This document shows positions 14,778 through 23,630 of a DNA stretch of 64,000 nucleotides, in pieces. A program made the translations under genes and the position numbers. Under the pieces are notes generated by a model. That model was not told the DNA's origin and made no database searches. It worked only from the letters and a program-made list of their open reading frames with translations. The DNA lies in NCBI GenBank assembly GCA_002317135.1, contig DCIX01000041.1:4529-68528 (forward strand). Reading direction: 5' to 3'. The first letter of the stretch is position 1. Each line of letters starts with the position of its first letter. The stretch comes from Bacteroidales bacterium UBA1715. Its GTDB lineage: Bacteria > Bacteroidota > Bacteroidia > Bacteroidales > UBA1715.

Positions 14778-16080
14778 ATTTTATTTTTATTTTATTTTCA
14801 AAATGTTCGCTTTTAAGGTATCCACGTTTTACCTTATTGATAGCCACCTCGTTAAGATATTTTTTCTCAACCAAATCCGTCAAATCTCTTCTTGCAGTCA
14901 TTTGTGTTATCATAAATCTGTCCATTACATCCTTAACGGTGATAACAGATTCAGGATTTTTTTGAAAATGATGAATAATCTGAGCCTGACGCTCGTTTAT
15001 ACCACCAATCATAATAAAGCTGTTTGCGGCCTCTTTTTCTTTTTGTTTCCTTTCAATATAGTTCTTGAGTTGCTCAAACGAGATTTTCAATGTTCTTAAG
15101 TTGTACGATACAAAATAGCTTACATCAAGTCCGTCGTTCTCAACATAGAGAAACGATTTTTCGTATGTTACTTTTGAACCAGAAATGATTCTGGAAATAG
15201 ACATATATTCCGTCAACCAATATTTCTCTTTAAGCATGTACCAATAAAACAAAGCCCTGGCAGTACGGCCGTTTCCGTCTATGAATGGGTGCATGTACGC
15301 TATCATAAAATGGACTATGATTCCACAAATGATAGGATGAATAAACACTTGCCCATTACCTTCGTTAAAAAACACACATAAATCATCCAAAAACTGTGGT
15401 AGTTCGCTGGCTGGAGGCGGCGTGTGAACCACTTCGTGGGTTATCTTGTTTTCTACAACCACGTCGTCATCTGCGGTTCTAAGTCTTCCTGCATCGTTGG
15501 CGTTCTCCAGCGTCTTTTCCGTCATTAGCCGATGAATGTAAAGAAGATTCTCTTTTGTGAGAGGTTCGTCTTTATGCTCCGTAATATATTGAATCGTCCG
15601 ATAGTTGTTCACTATCATTTGCTGTGATTTATCCTTTGGAGCAATGTTCTTTCTTAGCATTTCTTTTGCAACCATGCGTGTGGTTGAAGCACCTTCCATT
15701 TTGCTGGAATAGATAGCTTCCTCCATGAGCGAACTTGCCAGATAATGCATTTTCTCTTTCCCAGATTCTTCGTTTGATTCCCAAAAAGAACCGAACATCA
15801 TGTCGAACTCGTGACACAACTTCTGCATTTGGTTTGTTACGCACAGTGTCATGCCATATCTCTTCCACGCAGGTATGGCGTTTTTCATACGGTTTATTTT
15901 AACGTATGTCCACAAGTCCTCTGCCGAAACACCAGGCACTTGACCAGCCTTGTACTTTACCTTGTCCCAATAATCGTACGTTTCGTTTATCTTGTTTACA
16001 AGTGCATCAATGTTGACATCTGTTTTTTCAAACAGCGCCTTCCGCATTATTTTGTCGTTAAGTTTTGGAGCGTTTTCCAT
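14776..16080 (-). CDS. Fic-family protein (AMPylase-type) with C-terminal winged-helix domain
   Basis: Canonical Fic motif HPFIDGNGRTARAL. Upstream inhibitory-helix-like motif SSKMEG matches (S/T)xxxE(G/N). C-terminal wHTH-like segment ITVKDVMDRFMITQMTARRDLTDLVEKKYL. Confidence 0.9.
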   Translation of the reverse strand: MENAPKLNDKIMRKALFEKTDVNIDALVNKINETYDYWDKVKYKAGQVPGVSAEDLWTYVKINRMKNAIPAWKRYGMTLCVTNQMQKLCHEFDMMFGSFWESNEESGKEKMHYLASSLMEEAIYSSKMEGASTTRMVAKEMLRKNIAPKDKSQQMIVNNYRTIQYITEHKDEPLTKENLLYIHRLMTEKTLENANDAGRLRTADDDVVVENKITHEVVHTPPPASELPQFLDDLCVFFNEGNGQVFIHPIICGIIVHFMIAYMHPFIDGNGRTARALFYWYMLKEKYWLTEYMSISRIISGSKVTYEKSFLYVENDGLDVSYFVSYNLRTLKISFEQLKNYIERKQKEKEAANSFIMIGGINERQAQIIHHFQKNPESVITVKDVMDRFMITQMTARRDLTDLVEKKYLNEVAINKVKRGYLKSEHFENKIKIK

Positions 16081-16102
16081 AGCCGATTCTTTTCAATCGT
16101 AA

Positions 16103-16145
16103 AAATAGATAATTCTTGCTAATTTAGCAACAATTAGCAAGAATT
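16103..16145. promoter_or_regulatory. 43-bp element, copy 2, with the same 14-bp-arm palindrome, upstream of Fic
   Basis: aaatagataattcttgctaatttagcaacaattagcaagaatt. It differs from copy 1 at 2 positions, both in the 7-bp spacer. It lies 23-65 bp upstream of the Fic ATG. Confidence 0.6.
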
Positions 16146-16217
16146 TTACAGTTTATACAACAACGCCTTACAATGTCAAAAAACTGACATTTTCCCAAAA
16201 GTTAATCGAATACAGGT

Positions 16218-16667
16218 TTATATCTTCCCGTCCTCTTTCAGCATATCGTACAATTTGCCGGCTGTTTCGGCCAAAACCTTGGTGCAAATCATTTGATGAT
16301 GTTGGCGTTTTTCTACCGCCTCGCGTGTGGCAAATTTCTGTAGTAATTCTCCACAAGATGTTGTTCCATACACTTCTATAAGTGATTTATTGAGTTCGCG
16401 AACTTTTCGGTAGGCAAGCAATTTATTGTCCATATCTTTGGGATCGATTGGAGAATATGCCAAACCCATAACCATAAAACTACCTGTTACTGCCCCACAT
16501 TTTTCACGCAAGCGTCCCATTCCGCCACCGAATGTAGCCGACAACAAACTTGCACTTCGTTCATCTACTTGAAACGCTGGTCCAAATGCCAATAAAATTG
16601 ATTGAGAACAAGCGTAACCTTCCGAAAATAAAGACAAAACTTTATCTATTGCTTCCTGACGAGTCAT
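16218..16667 (-). CDS. C_GCAxxG_C_C family protein
   Basis: GYACSQSILLAF, FGGGMG...KCGAVTG and TTSCGELL cysteine pattern typical of the family. Confidence 0.75.
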   Translation of the reverse strand: MTRQEAIDKVLSLFSEGYACSQSILLAFGPAFQVDERSASLLSATFGGGMGRLREKCGAVTGSFMVMGLAYSPIDPKDMDNKLLAYRKVRELNKSLIEVYGTTSCGELLQKFATREAVEKRQHHQMICTKVLAETAGKLYDMLKEDGKI

Positions 16668-16677
16668 AATTCACTGT

Positions 16678-19158
16678 TTATTTAAGAACAACTATCTGTT
16701 GCGAGAAAATTCCCGTATCTGTTTTTACAACAACAATGTAGGTTCCGTTTTCCAAATGAGAAACGGATATATTTGTTTGATTTGTTTGCTCTACAATTGT
16801 GCCTTGCATTGTAACAATAGAAACAGATTCTATTTGTGCATCTGATTGAATTTCAATATTGCTCGTAGCAACTGTCGGTACAACCTTTACCGAAGTTGCA
16901 CCTGTTTCTTCTATGCTTGTTTGTGATTCATAATTGCCAACAATAGGTCGCATCAACAAAGCACCGTTTTGCACCGAACTCTCCCATTCAAATCCTAAAT
17001 TATAATATAAACGGCGAGTTACGCTGGTATTCAAATCGATTCCTATATTCAACAAAACATCGTTTGGCTGTTCCCAACCAATAAAATACGATTTCGGCAA
17101 AACCAATTCATCAGCGCCGGAAACGACACAAGATGGTTTTATCTCATAATCAACAAATTGGAACATGCCATCGGCGTATGCAACCTTTTCACTTGGCGAA
17201 TAATACAACAACTCACCAGGTTTACCACTTTCGTTTTCCCATATACATAAATTAAAAGTGGTTGCGGTAGACAATTTCGTAGGATTGAAATACATGGAAA
17301 CGGCCTTGATTGTATCTGGCTGCAACATATCGAATCTATAGGCAACCCTACCCATTGGCGCCTCGCGAAGTCCATATCCAGCCTCTGGCGTGCCGTCGTC
17401 GTACGCATAATAATTCGACAATGTCAACGAAACACGACAGGTGTCGTTCCATCTATATTGTGAATTCAAAGAATTATTGATGTCGGTAAAATAATACGTA
17501 AAATCATATACTCCAGCATCATATACTGCCACATCTTCTGCAAGAAAATCATAAAATTCAATATCAAAATCCGTCAATATATCTCGCTCTGTTACAGTCG
17601 TTTGCGGAGGCATATCGGTTTCGTATGTATCAAATGCCATCACATCGCCAGTATGTTGTTTCTGAATAGAAAAATGAAATTTTAACTTGCGATATTCCGA
17701 GTCAAAATTGGTAAACGTAGCAGGAATAACCATACGAAAATCCGAGTTTGTAACACTGGCAAAATGCTTCATTGGCAATGCTTTATAACGCGAATACAAT
17801 GGTGTAAATTCAGTTGCAAAAGCAACATCGGGAACAGTATTTTGTTGTATGGTGCGATTTGCGTCAAGCCAAATCATATCCAAATGCCAAAAATCCTCGT
17901 TACGAGCATGACTTTCGTCATTGCTAAGACTTGCGTAATTTTTAAATCGGAAACGAACACCTTGAACCAAAAACTTATTGTCGTTCAACGGAATATACAC
18001 CGATTCAAAGTTTTCGCCCGTCTTCTTGCTTGTTGACCAAGCCCACTGCCACGATGGATTACACTCACCCAATGTTGGCGATGCAGTAAAAGACCATTGT
18101 GGATTACCGTCAGGAAGGCGTGCATACGAAATATCTTCCGACAATGATTGATTCAAATCTATACTATCGACCAAAACTTGTTCTGGCGAATACAAATATG
18201 CGTATGCTTTATTGAAAGACTTACGTCCAAATAAATTAGGTTCAATTACAATATGACCAAATGCAGGAACAAGTAGTTCCGGCAATGTAAAATATGCTAC
18301 GGAATCAACAGAAATAACCGTTTCCAAAGCATCAAACACAAGAATATAGCCTTCCAATGAAATTGGTTTCACTGTCGCATTATACACTTCCACTCCAGTT
18401 GACGCAATTTCGTTTAAAAAGATACCAGTAGTATCGTACGGAATATACCATTCCAACACCAAACTATCGTTTGCTTCCGGAACATCCACAACACCACCTG
18501 CCTGATAATAAAAACTTAACGCAAGCGAGTCTTGTACCGTATATGCACTCAATTGATGTTCATACGAATACGAGCCAACAATATATTTTTTTGATTCGTT
18601 GTACAAAGAATCCATAACTGGTACATACGACTCCGACGATTTCTTATAAATCGTATCGCCAGCAACATACGCAACTCGTTGTTTTACAGAAACATAATTA
18701 TTTTGTTCTGCATCAAACAAATAATACGAGTCGTCAAGCAAATTGAACGACTTTCCTTGTTTTACATACAATTTATCGCTGAAATACACTTTCTCATAAT
18801 ACTTCAAATTCAACGGAAGTGATGTCAAATAATCTGCAACAGAAGCCGTTGTACCAACAGATTCATACAATTTGCCATCTGAATCCATTGCATCAAGCGT
18901 TACGACACCAATTGTCGGCATATTTTTAGCAAAAGCCGTATTTACAAAAGCATGATTATCTGCCCATAACGATGGCAATGGTTGAGAATACGGATATGCG
19001 AAATCATCAAAAAACGGAAGACCCTTTAAAGAAGCAGGAACAGCATCAGACTTCAAAGTGTTTTTACTACACAAAGGTAATACATTCAAGACCTCCGATT
19101 GTGCATACAAGGCAATTTGTGAACAAATACAGCAAACAGCAAGGAGAAGTCTTTTCAT
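16678..19158 (-). CDS. large secreted protein with T9SS type A C-terminal sorting domain
   Basis: Signal peptide MKRLLLAVCCICSQIALYAQ. C-terminal ~80 aa end NGTYIVVVKTDTGIFSQQIVVLK, typical of T9SS CTDs. Confidence 0.75.
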   Translation of the reverse strand: MKRLLLAVCCICSQIALYAQSEVLNVLPLCSKNTLKSDAVPASLKGLPFFDDFAYPYSQPLPSLWADNHAFVNTAFAKNMPTIGVVTLDAMDSDGKLYESVGTTASVADYLTSLPLNLKYYEKVYFSDKLYVKQGKSFNLLDDSYYLFDAEQNNYVSVKQRVAYVAGDTIYKKSSESYVPVMDSLYNESKKYIVGSYSYEHQLSAYTVQDSLALSFYYQAGGVVDVPEANDSLVLEWYIPYDTTGIFLNEIASTGVEVYNATVKPISLEGYILVFDALETVISVDSVAYFTLPELLVPAFGHIVIEPNLFGRKSFNKAYAYLYSPEQVLVDSIDLNQSLSEDISYARLPDGNPQWSFTASPTLGECNPSWQWAWSTSKKTGENFESVYIPLNDNKFLVQGVRFRFKNYASLSNDESHARNEDFWHLDMIWLDANRTIQQNTVPDVAFATEFTPLYSRYKALPMKHFASVTNSDFRMVIPATFTNFDSEYRKLKFHFSIQKQHTGDVMAFDTYETDMPPQTTVTERDILTDFDIEFYDFLAEDVAVYDAGVYDFTYYFTDINNSLNSQYRWNDTCRVSLTLSNYYAYDDGTPEAGYGLREAPMGRVAYRFDMLQPDTIKAVSMYFNPTKLSTATTFNLCIWENESGKPGELLYYSPSEKVAYADGMFQFVDYEIKPSCVVSGADELVLPKSYFIGWEQPNDVLLNIGIDLNTSVTRRLYYNLGFEWESSVQNGALLMRPIVGNYESQTSIEETGATSVKVVPTVATSNIEIQSDAQIESVSIVTMQGTIVEQTNQTNISVSHLENGTYIVVVKTDTGIFSQQIVVLK

Positions 19159-19162
19159 ATTT

Positions 19163-19954
19163 TTAATTCAAATCTGTTGAAATAGCATCATAAATAGGAT
19201 CTGTGCCAAGCCAAACATCTATAGTTTGGCTTGCCTGCATAGTCTGTCCTTCGGAATAAATAGGACTTTGTCGTTGAACACGAGCTCGTAAAGAATCGGA
19301 CAAAGTCTTAACATTTTCCGAGAAAATTGCATTTACACTTAGTCCTCTCGATACCAATGAATCGGTAATAGCTGTCCATGAAAGACCAATCAAAGAAGGA
19401 ACAGGTATTTGCACATCGTTTCCACCCTTTCCTACCAATAAATCAATTGCAGAACCTTTCGAAATCTTCGTTCCTGGTTCTATAATCTTAGATTGATATC
19501 GCTGTTCAAACACATAATTATCGGCAAAATCTGGTTTATATTCAATATTTCCGACACGAAGTCCACGGTTTTCCAACATTTGAATAGCCTGACGCAAAGA
19601 ACCTTCAGTAACTTTAGGCATTTTCACCAAAATCGGTGTCATAGAATTTACCGAAAGATAAATCGTGCGACCTTTTTTTACTTTTGAACCAGCCGATGGG
19701 AAATAATCAACAATCGCACCTGGAGCAATTTTTTCAGAAATCAATGTATCGCTCACTTTTAAAACAAGATCGTTTTTAGCTGCGATAATTTCTGCAGCCT
19801 CAACATCAAGGTTTACAAAATCAGGAACTATAACATCCTCACCATGAGAAGTATACGATTCCAACCAATATACAAAGCAAACAAAAACAGCAATTACAAC
19901 TGCTACAATACAACCAAGGTTGATAAAAAGAACGGTATGTTTTTTTAAGTCCAT
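19163..19954 (-). CDS. membrane-anchored PASTA-domain protein
   Basis: N-terminal TM helix followed by three PASTA-like repeats (VPDFVNLDVEAAE..., MPKVTEGSLRQAIQMLEN..., VPSLIGLSWTAITDSL...). Confidence 0.75.
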   Translation of the reverse strand: MDLKKHTVLFINLGCIVAVVIAVFVCFVYWLESYTSHGEDVIVPDFVNLDVEAAEIIAAKNDLVLKVSDTLISEKIAPGAIVDYFPSAGSKVKKGRTIYLSVNSMTPILVKMPKVTEGSLRQAIQMLENRGLRVGNIEYKPDFADNYVFEQRYQSKIIEPGTKISKGSAIDLLVGKGGNDVQIPVPSLIGLSWTAITDSLVSRGLSVNAIFSENVKTLSDSLRARVQRQSPIYSEGQTMQASQTIDVWLGTDPIYDAISTDLN

Positions 19955-20016
19955 AACATTATAATAAACGCATGAACAAAATTAAAATTATAAATGAAAG
20001 TAAAAAATAAAATGAG

Positions 20017-20146
20017 AAGAAAAAAACGGGTAACCTGAGAAGAAGAAATTAACTAAAAACTACCTTACATTAACCTCAAACACCACATAACCAATCATGA
20101 AAAAGCCGCAACACCATGAAAAAAAGAGAAGACCAGGCTACCCGTT
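20017..20146 (-). ncRNA. candidate structured small RNA or long terminator-like hairpin
   Basis: A 13-bp closing stem (20134-20146 with 20025-20037) encloses ~96 nt. The single non-Watson-Crick position is A-C on the plus strand but G-U on the minus strand. The minus strand continues with a U-run (20024-20020). No family recognised. Confidence 0.2.
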
Positions 20147-20369
20147 ATAGTGATTATGTTTATCTCAATGAACAATGTTAACCATTTATTTGTGATTGAT
20201 TAACAAGGCAAAAATAATCTTTTTTTTTCTCATTACAAGTTTTTCTTCAAAAAAAAGTGTAAAATCTACAATTTATTTACAAAAGACTTTTTAACTCACC
20301 TAAAAAAAAGAATAAAACACGGATTAAAACCTAATAAACAGATATAAAGCAAAGCATAACAAGAGTTCC

Positions 20370-21206
20370 TTACATGTACTGATTTTCAAGTTTTTCGAGT
20401 GGTCTTGCCACTATTTCCCCGACAGTGCACCCTACTTCTTGTAAATTTAACACTATCAAATCTTTATATGCAGATGCTAAAGAACCAACAAATGACAGTT
20501 TTTTCGTATTAAATTGATTCATTAATGGTACAACATACACATTACAAAAGTCAGAAAACGTAGAATTTACTATAGAACGAACCGTTTCGTCATCTAAATG
20601 GTGCGATAAAAATGGTGCAAAACTTGCCAAATATGCATTTGCACGAGGTTGTTTATACACGCGATCCAACACTTCACCTATAGTAATCGGATACTGTTCA
20701 AAAAATGCTTGTTCAACTTGCTTCGACAGTTGCTTCTTAAACAAAGCCGAAAGTAATCGTTTTCCTAAATCGGCTCCACTGCCCTCATCTCCTAAAATAT
20801 AACCAAGAGATGGCATTGGTGTTTCTACCGTCTTACCATTCCAAAAACCGATATTCATTCCTGTGCCTAAAATAGCAACCAATCCCGACTGCGTTCCATA
20901 ACACGCTTTAGCAGCTCCAACCAAATCGCTATCAACAATAATTGTTGCATTACCAAACAAATCGTGCAACGCATTTTCTACGAGCATCCTTGACTCTAGC
21001 CTACCACAACCGGTACCATAAAAATATACAGATTGAACCGATTCAGAATCGACTGCAGTTGGCAAATGAGCAGACACTTCTTTTATTATTACCTCTTGTG
21101 TAACAAAATATGGACTCAATCCAATAGTCTGGAAATGATAGACATTCGTACCATCAATACACGCCCAATCGGTTTTAGTAGAACCACTATCTGCTATAAG
21201 TATCAT
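20370..21206 (-). CDS. BadF/BadG/BcrA/BcrD-type ATPase (N-acetylglucosamine kinase-like)
   Basis: MILIADSGSTKTDWA N-terminal phosphate-1 motif and AILGTGMN motif. Confidence 0.8.
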   Translation of the reverse strand: MILIADSGSTKTDWACIDGTNVYHFQTIGLSPYFVTQEVIIKEVSAHLPTAVDSESVQSVYFYGTGCGRLESRMLVENALHDLFGNATIIVDSDLVGAAKACYGTQSGLVAILGTGMNIGFWNGKTVETPMPSLGYILGDEGSGADLGKRLLSALFKKQLSKQVEQAFFEQYPITIGEVLDRVYKQPRANAYLASFAPFLSHHLDDETVRSIVNSTFSDFCNVYVVPLMNQFNTKKLSFVGSLASAYKDLIVLNLQEVGCTVGEIVARPLEKLENQYM

Positions 21207-21502
21207 AACGATGTCAAGACAGTCTTAAACATTCCAAACTGATTTGTAAACTTTGCAAATAACGCAGCTTCAAAATCATATTCATATTTTTCTTTATATA
21301 TTCCGTATTGTTTTGAATCTACAAATTGTATTTGCAATGCAAAACAATCGTCCGCACCTTGTTGTGCTTCAACCGAAAACAAAGCCGTATCCTTTACCGA
21401 AGGACAACTTTTCAATAACGGCATATATTCTTTCTGCAACCATTCGATAGCCGATTTCTGAATCTGATCGGCAAACGACAATGTAATATTTACGATTATC
21501 AT
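21203..21502 (-). CDS. small conserved hypothetical protein (DUF4286-like)
   Basis: 99 aa with 4-nt overlaps to both neighbours. The family call is from memory of the pattern only. Confidence 0.5.
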   Translation of the reverse strand: MIIVNITLSFADQIQKSAIEWLQKEYMPLLKSCPSVKDTALFSVEAQQGADDCFALQIQFVDSKQYGIYKEKYEYDFEAALFAKFTNQFGMFKTVLTSL

Positions 21503-22218
21503 GATTGTAAATTTTGATTTGCTAAACTATAATATAAAAACACAAATGGAATCATTGTTGTTTCTGACAGAACACTCACAACCGACGCTTGAACAATATC
21601 AAACACGGTATTTGGAATTGGAATCATTGAAAACAACGACGACAACACCAATACACCAACACAACAAATCAATGCAACACCATAACTTTGAAGCGGATTC
21701 GTTCGTGTTAAATTAAAACAACGCGAGAAACTTGCCATAATTGGCTGATGAGCAAAAAGCACATCGTATGTAAGCATAGTAAGAGCAGGATACATAATAA
21801 TTGCAGGAATAATAAACAAAAACATCCCCAATGCTTCCATACCTATATAAAATAAGACAGACAATAAAGCAACAACCAACACATCTGCTATATAATTTTT
21901 TACAGTTTCAATCGTTGGTTTTACATTTTGAAGATAAAAATGTATGTAAGCACAAGAAACCGTTATTGCTAAAAACTTAGCTATAAAAGAAAGTCCCAAA
22001 GCAAGAAAAAAATTTCGAAATGAAACTTCCCCCACTGCTCCTACCAAAAGAATTTCATACCCACTTTGCAAAAGAAAATAAGAGCCGCACAAAGAAAACG
22101 GCAAAGTAAAAACAGCTAACAATAAACAATACTGCTTCCACTCACTCTTCATAAAATCAATATAATCGACAAAGATTTCTTTAGTGGAACGAATTTTATT
22201 GAATTCTATCATAAGCAA
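21499..22218 (-). CDS. multi-pass membrane protein, unknown function
   Basis: 239 aa with at least 5 hydrophobic helices. Confidence 0.55.
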   Translation of the reverse strand: MLMIEFNKIRSTKEIFVDYIDFMKSEWKQYCLLLAVFTLPFSLCGSYFLLQSGYEILLVGAVGEVSFRNFFLALGLSFIAKFLAITVSCAYIHFYLQNVKPTIETVKNYIADVLVVALLSVLFYIGMEALGMFLFIIPAIIMYPALTMLTYDVLFAHQPIMASFSRCFNLTRTNPLQSYGVALICCVGVLVLSSLFSMIPIPNTVFDIVQASVVSVLSETTMIPFVFLYYSLANQNLQS

Positions 22219-22397
22219 TTACGTTTTTCGTTAGGCAAAAATACTCTTTTTATTTATAAATATTAATATCCAAACAGATATGATACCAACAACAGCACCA
22301 ATCACAAACCATTAATCATTAATCTTCTCCATTTCGTCTATTTTTACAATACAGAACAAACCAAACATCTACATTTGGCAACAAAAAAAGAAAGAAA

Positions 22398-22823
22398 ATG
22401 AAAAAACTACTTACAATTTGTATTGCCTTTTTCGCAAGCATTACGCTATTTGCACAAACAGAAGAAGGCATTTGGGAAACACACGACAGCAAAACAAACA
22501 AAGCAATGAGTTATGTACAAGTTTACAAGAAAGACGGTAAATTGTACGGTAAAGTCATCAAAAACCTTGACGGCAAAGAAACAACTTGTTCAAAATGCTC
22601 TGGTGCAGACAAAAACAAGCCAATTATCGGCCTTATGGTGATTCGTGGCTTAGAGAAAAAAGGTTCAAAATGGGTAAAAGACGATGGTATTCTTGACCCA
22701 GTAACAGGTTTTGTTTGTGATGGAGAAGTTTGGCAAGAAAGCGCCGATGTTCTTATGGTAAAAGGTTCTGTCCTATTTTTTAAGGAAACACAAAAATGGA
22801 CACGAGTAAAACAAAACAAATAA
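22398..22823 (+). CDS. DUF2147 domain-containing secreted protein
   Basis: Signal peptide followed by EGIWETHDSKTNKAMSYVQVYKKDGKLYGKVIK, typical of DUF2147. Confidence 0.7.
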   Translation: MKKLLTICIAFFASITLFAQTEEGIWETHDSKTNKAMSYVQVYKKDGKLYGKVIKNLDGKETTCSKCSGADKNKPIIGLMVIRGLEKKGSKWVKDDGILDPVTGFVCDGEVWQESADVLMVKGSVLFFKETQKWTRVKQNK

Positions 22824-22845
22824 ATCCCCCAAATTTATAGTAAAA

Positions 22846-22872
22846 AGACGATGCACGCATCGTCTCTTTTTA
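22846..22872. terminator. bidirectional intrinsic terminator between convergent genes
   Basis: Stem gacgatg / catcgtc with loop cacg, flanked by an A-run upstream and a T-run downstream. Confidence 0.6.
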
Positions 22873-22874
22873 TT

Positions 22875-23486
22875 TTATAACAATGTTATTGGTACCCGTG
22901 TTTCTTCTATAACTCCCGACGCAAGACAATCCGAAGCCTGCATAAGCGAACACAATGGAGTCATTTCTTTTGCAGTTGAATAATTTGATTTAGATTCTGG
23001 ACTTTGCATAGCCAAATCCCAAGCCGACATGTGCCAACGGATAGCCAAAATCTCATCTGTAGATAAATCCAAACCTAAACGAAGAAGCATAATCACAGAT
23101 TTTTCGCCGTGACCAACAGGAAATTTTGAATAATCAACAGTATAACCTCTGTATTTTTCCCACAGGCCCTTATCATTTTTTCTATTTTTTATCTCCTCTT
23201 TATAAATATTTGCCTTACAAATATCATGAAGCAAGGTTACAACAATAATGCTTTCTTCTGGCAACTTATCCGCTAGTTCTGGTTTTTGTGCAATTAAAAC
23301 TTCACGCAATTGCAGCCCCAACTTACAGCAGTTTAAGGAGTGCTCCAACAAACCTCCTACATAATTTCCGTGAAAATTCGTTGATGCTGGTGCAACAAAG
23401 AAATCCGATTTTTCGAGATACTCAATCACGTTGTCCATACCTCTGCGGTTTACGGAACGCAAATATGTCAATACTGTATTTTTCAT
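22875..23486 (-). CDS. HD-domain phosphohydrolase
   Basis: HGNYVGGLLEHSL and TLLHDICK provide the H...HD signature. Confidence 0.75.
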   Translation of the reverse strand: MKNTVLTYLRSVNRRGMDNVIEYLEKSDFFVAPASTNFHGNYVGGLLEHSLNCCKLGLQLREVLIAQKPELADKLPEESIIVVTLLHDICKANIYKEEIKNRKNDKGLWEKYRGYTVDYSKFPVGHGEKSVIMLLRLGLDLSTDEILAIRWHMSAWDLAMQSPESKSNYSTAKEMTPLCSLMQASDCLASGVIEETRVPITLL

Positions 23487-23603
23487 AGTTAAATATTTTC
23501 TACAAAAATAACATAAATTTACTCATACATAATAGTATACAGTAACTTTCACTTTTGTCAACTATTTTTTTGCAATTCATATTATGCAACACGAGAATAA
23601 TCG

Positions 23604-23611
23604 TATTTTTG
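23604..23611 (+). promoter_or_regulatory. candidate -7 box TAttTTTG for nadC
   Basis: tatttttg lies 20 nt upstream of the ATG at 23631. Confidence 0.35.
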
Positions 23612-23630
23612 TAAAAAAAATTTACGAAAA

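Noticed and set aside
16081-16217. Searched the right edge of island 1 for a direct repeat of the tRNA-Gly 3' end (att-like) and for an integrase
   Set aside because: No match to gttcgagccccgtttctcgct was seen by eye near 16.1-16.2 kb, and there is no integrase or recombinase ORF anywhere in the window. A classical integrative island cannot be claimed.
20221-20231. Homopolymer T/A tracts in the 19955-20369 intergenic region as possible phase-variation switches
   Set aside because: They are not positioned within a coding region or between recognisable -33/-7 boxes. A-rich tracts are common in this AT-rich genome.
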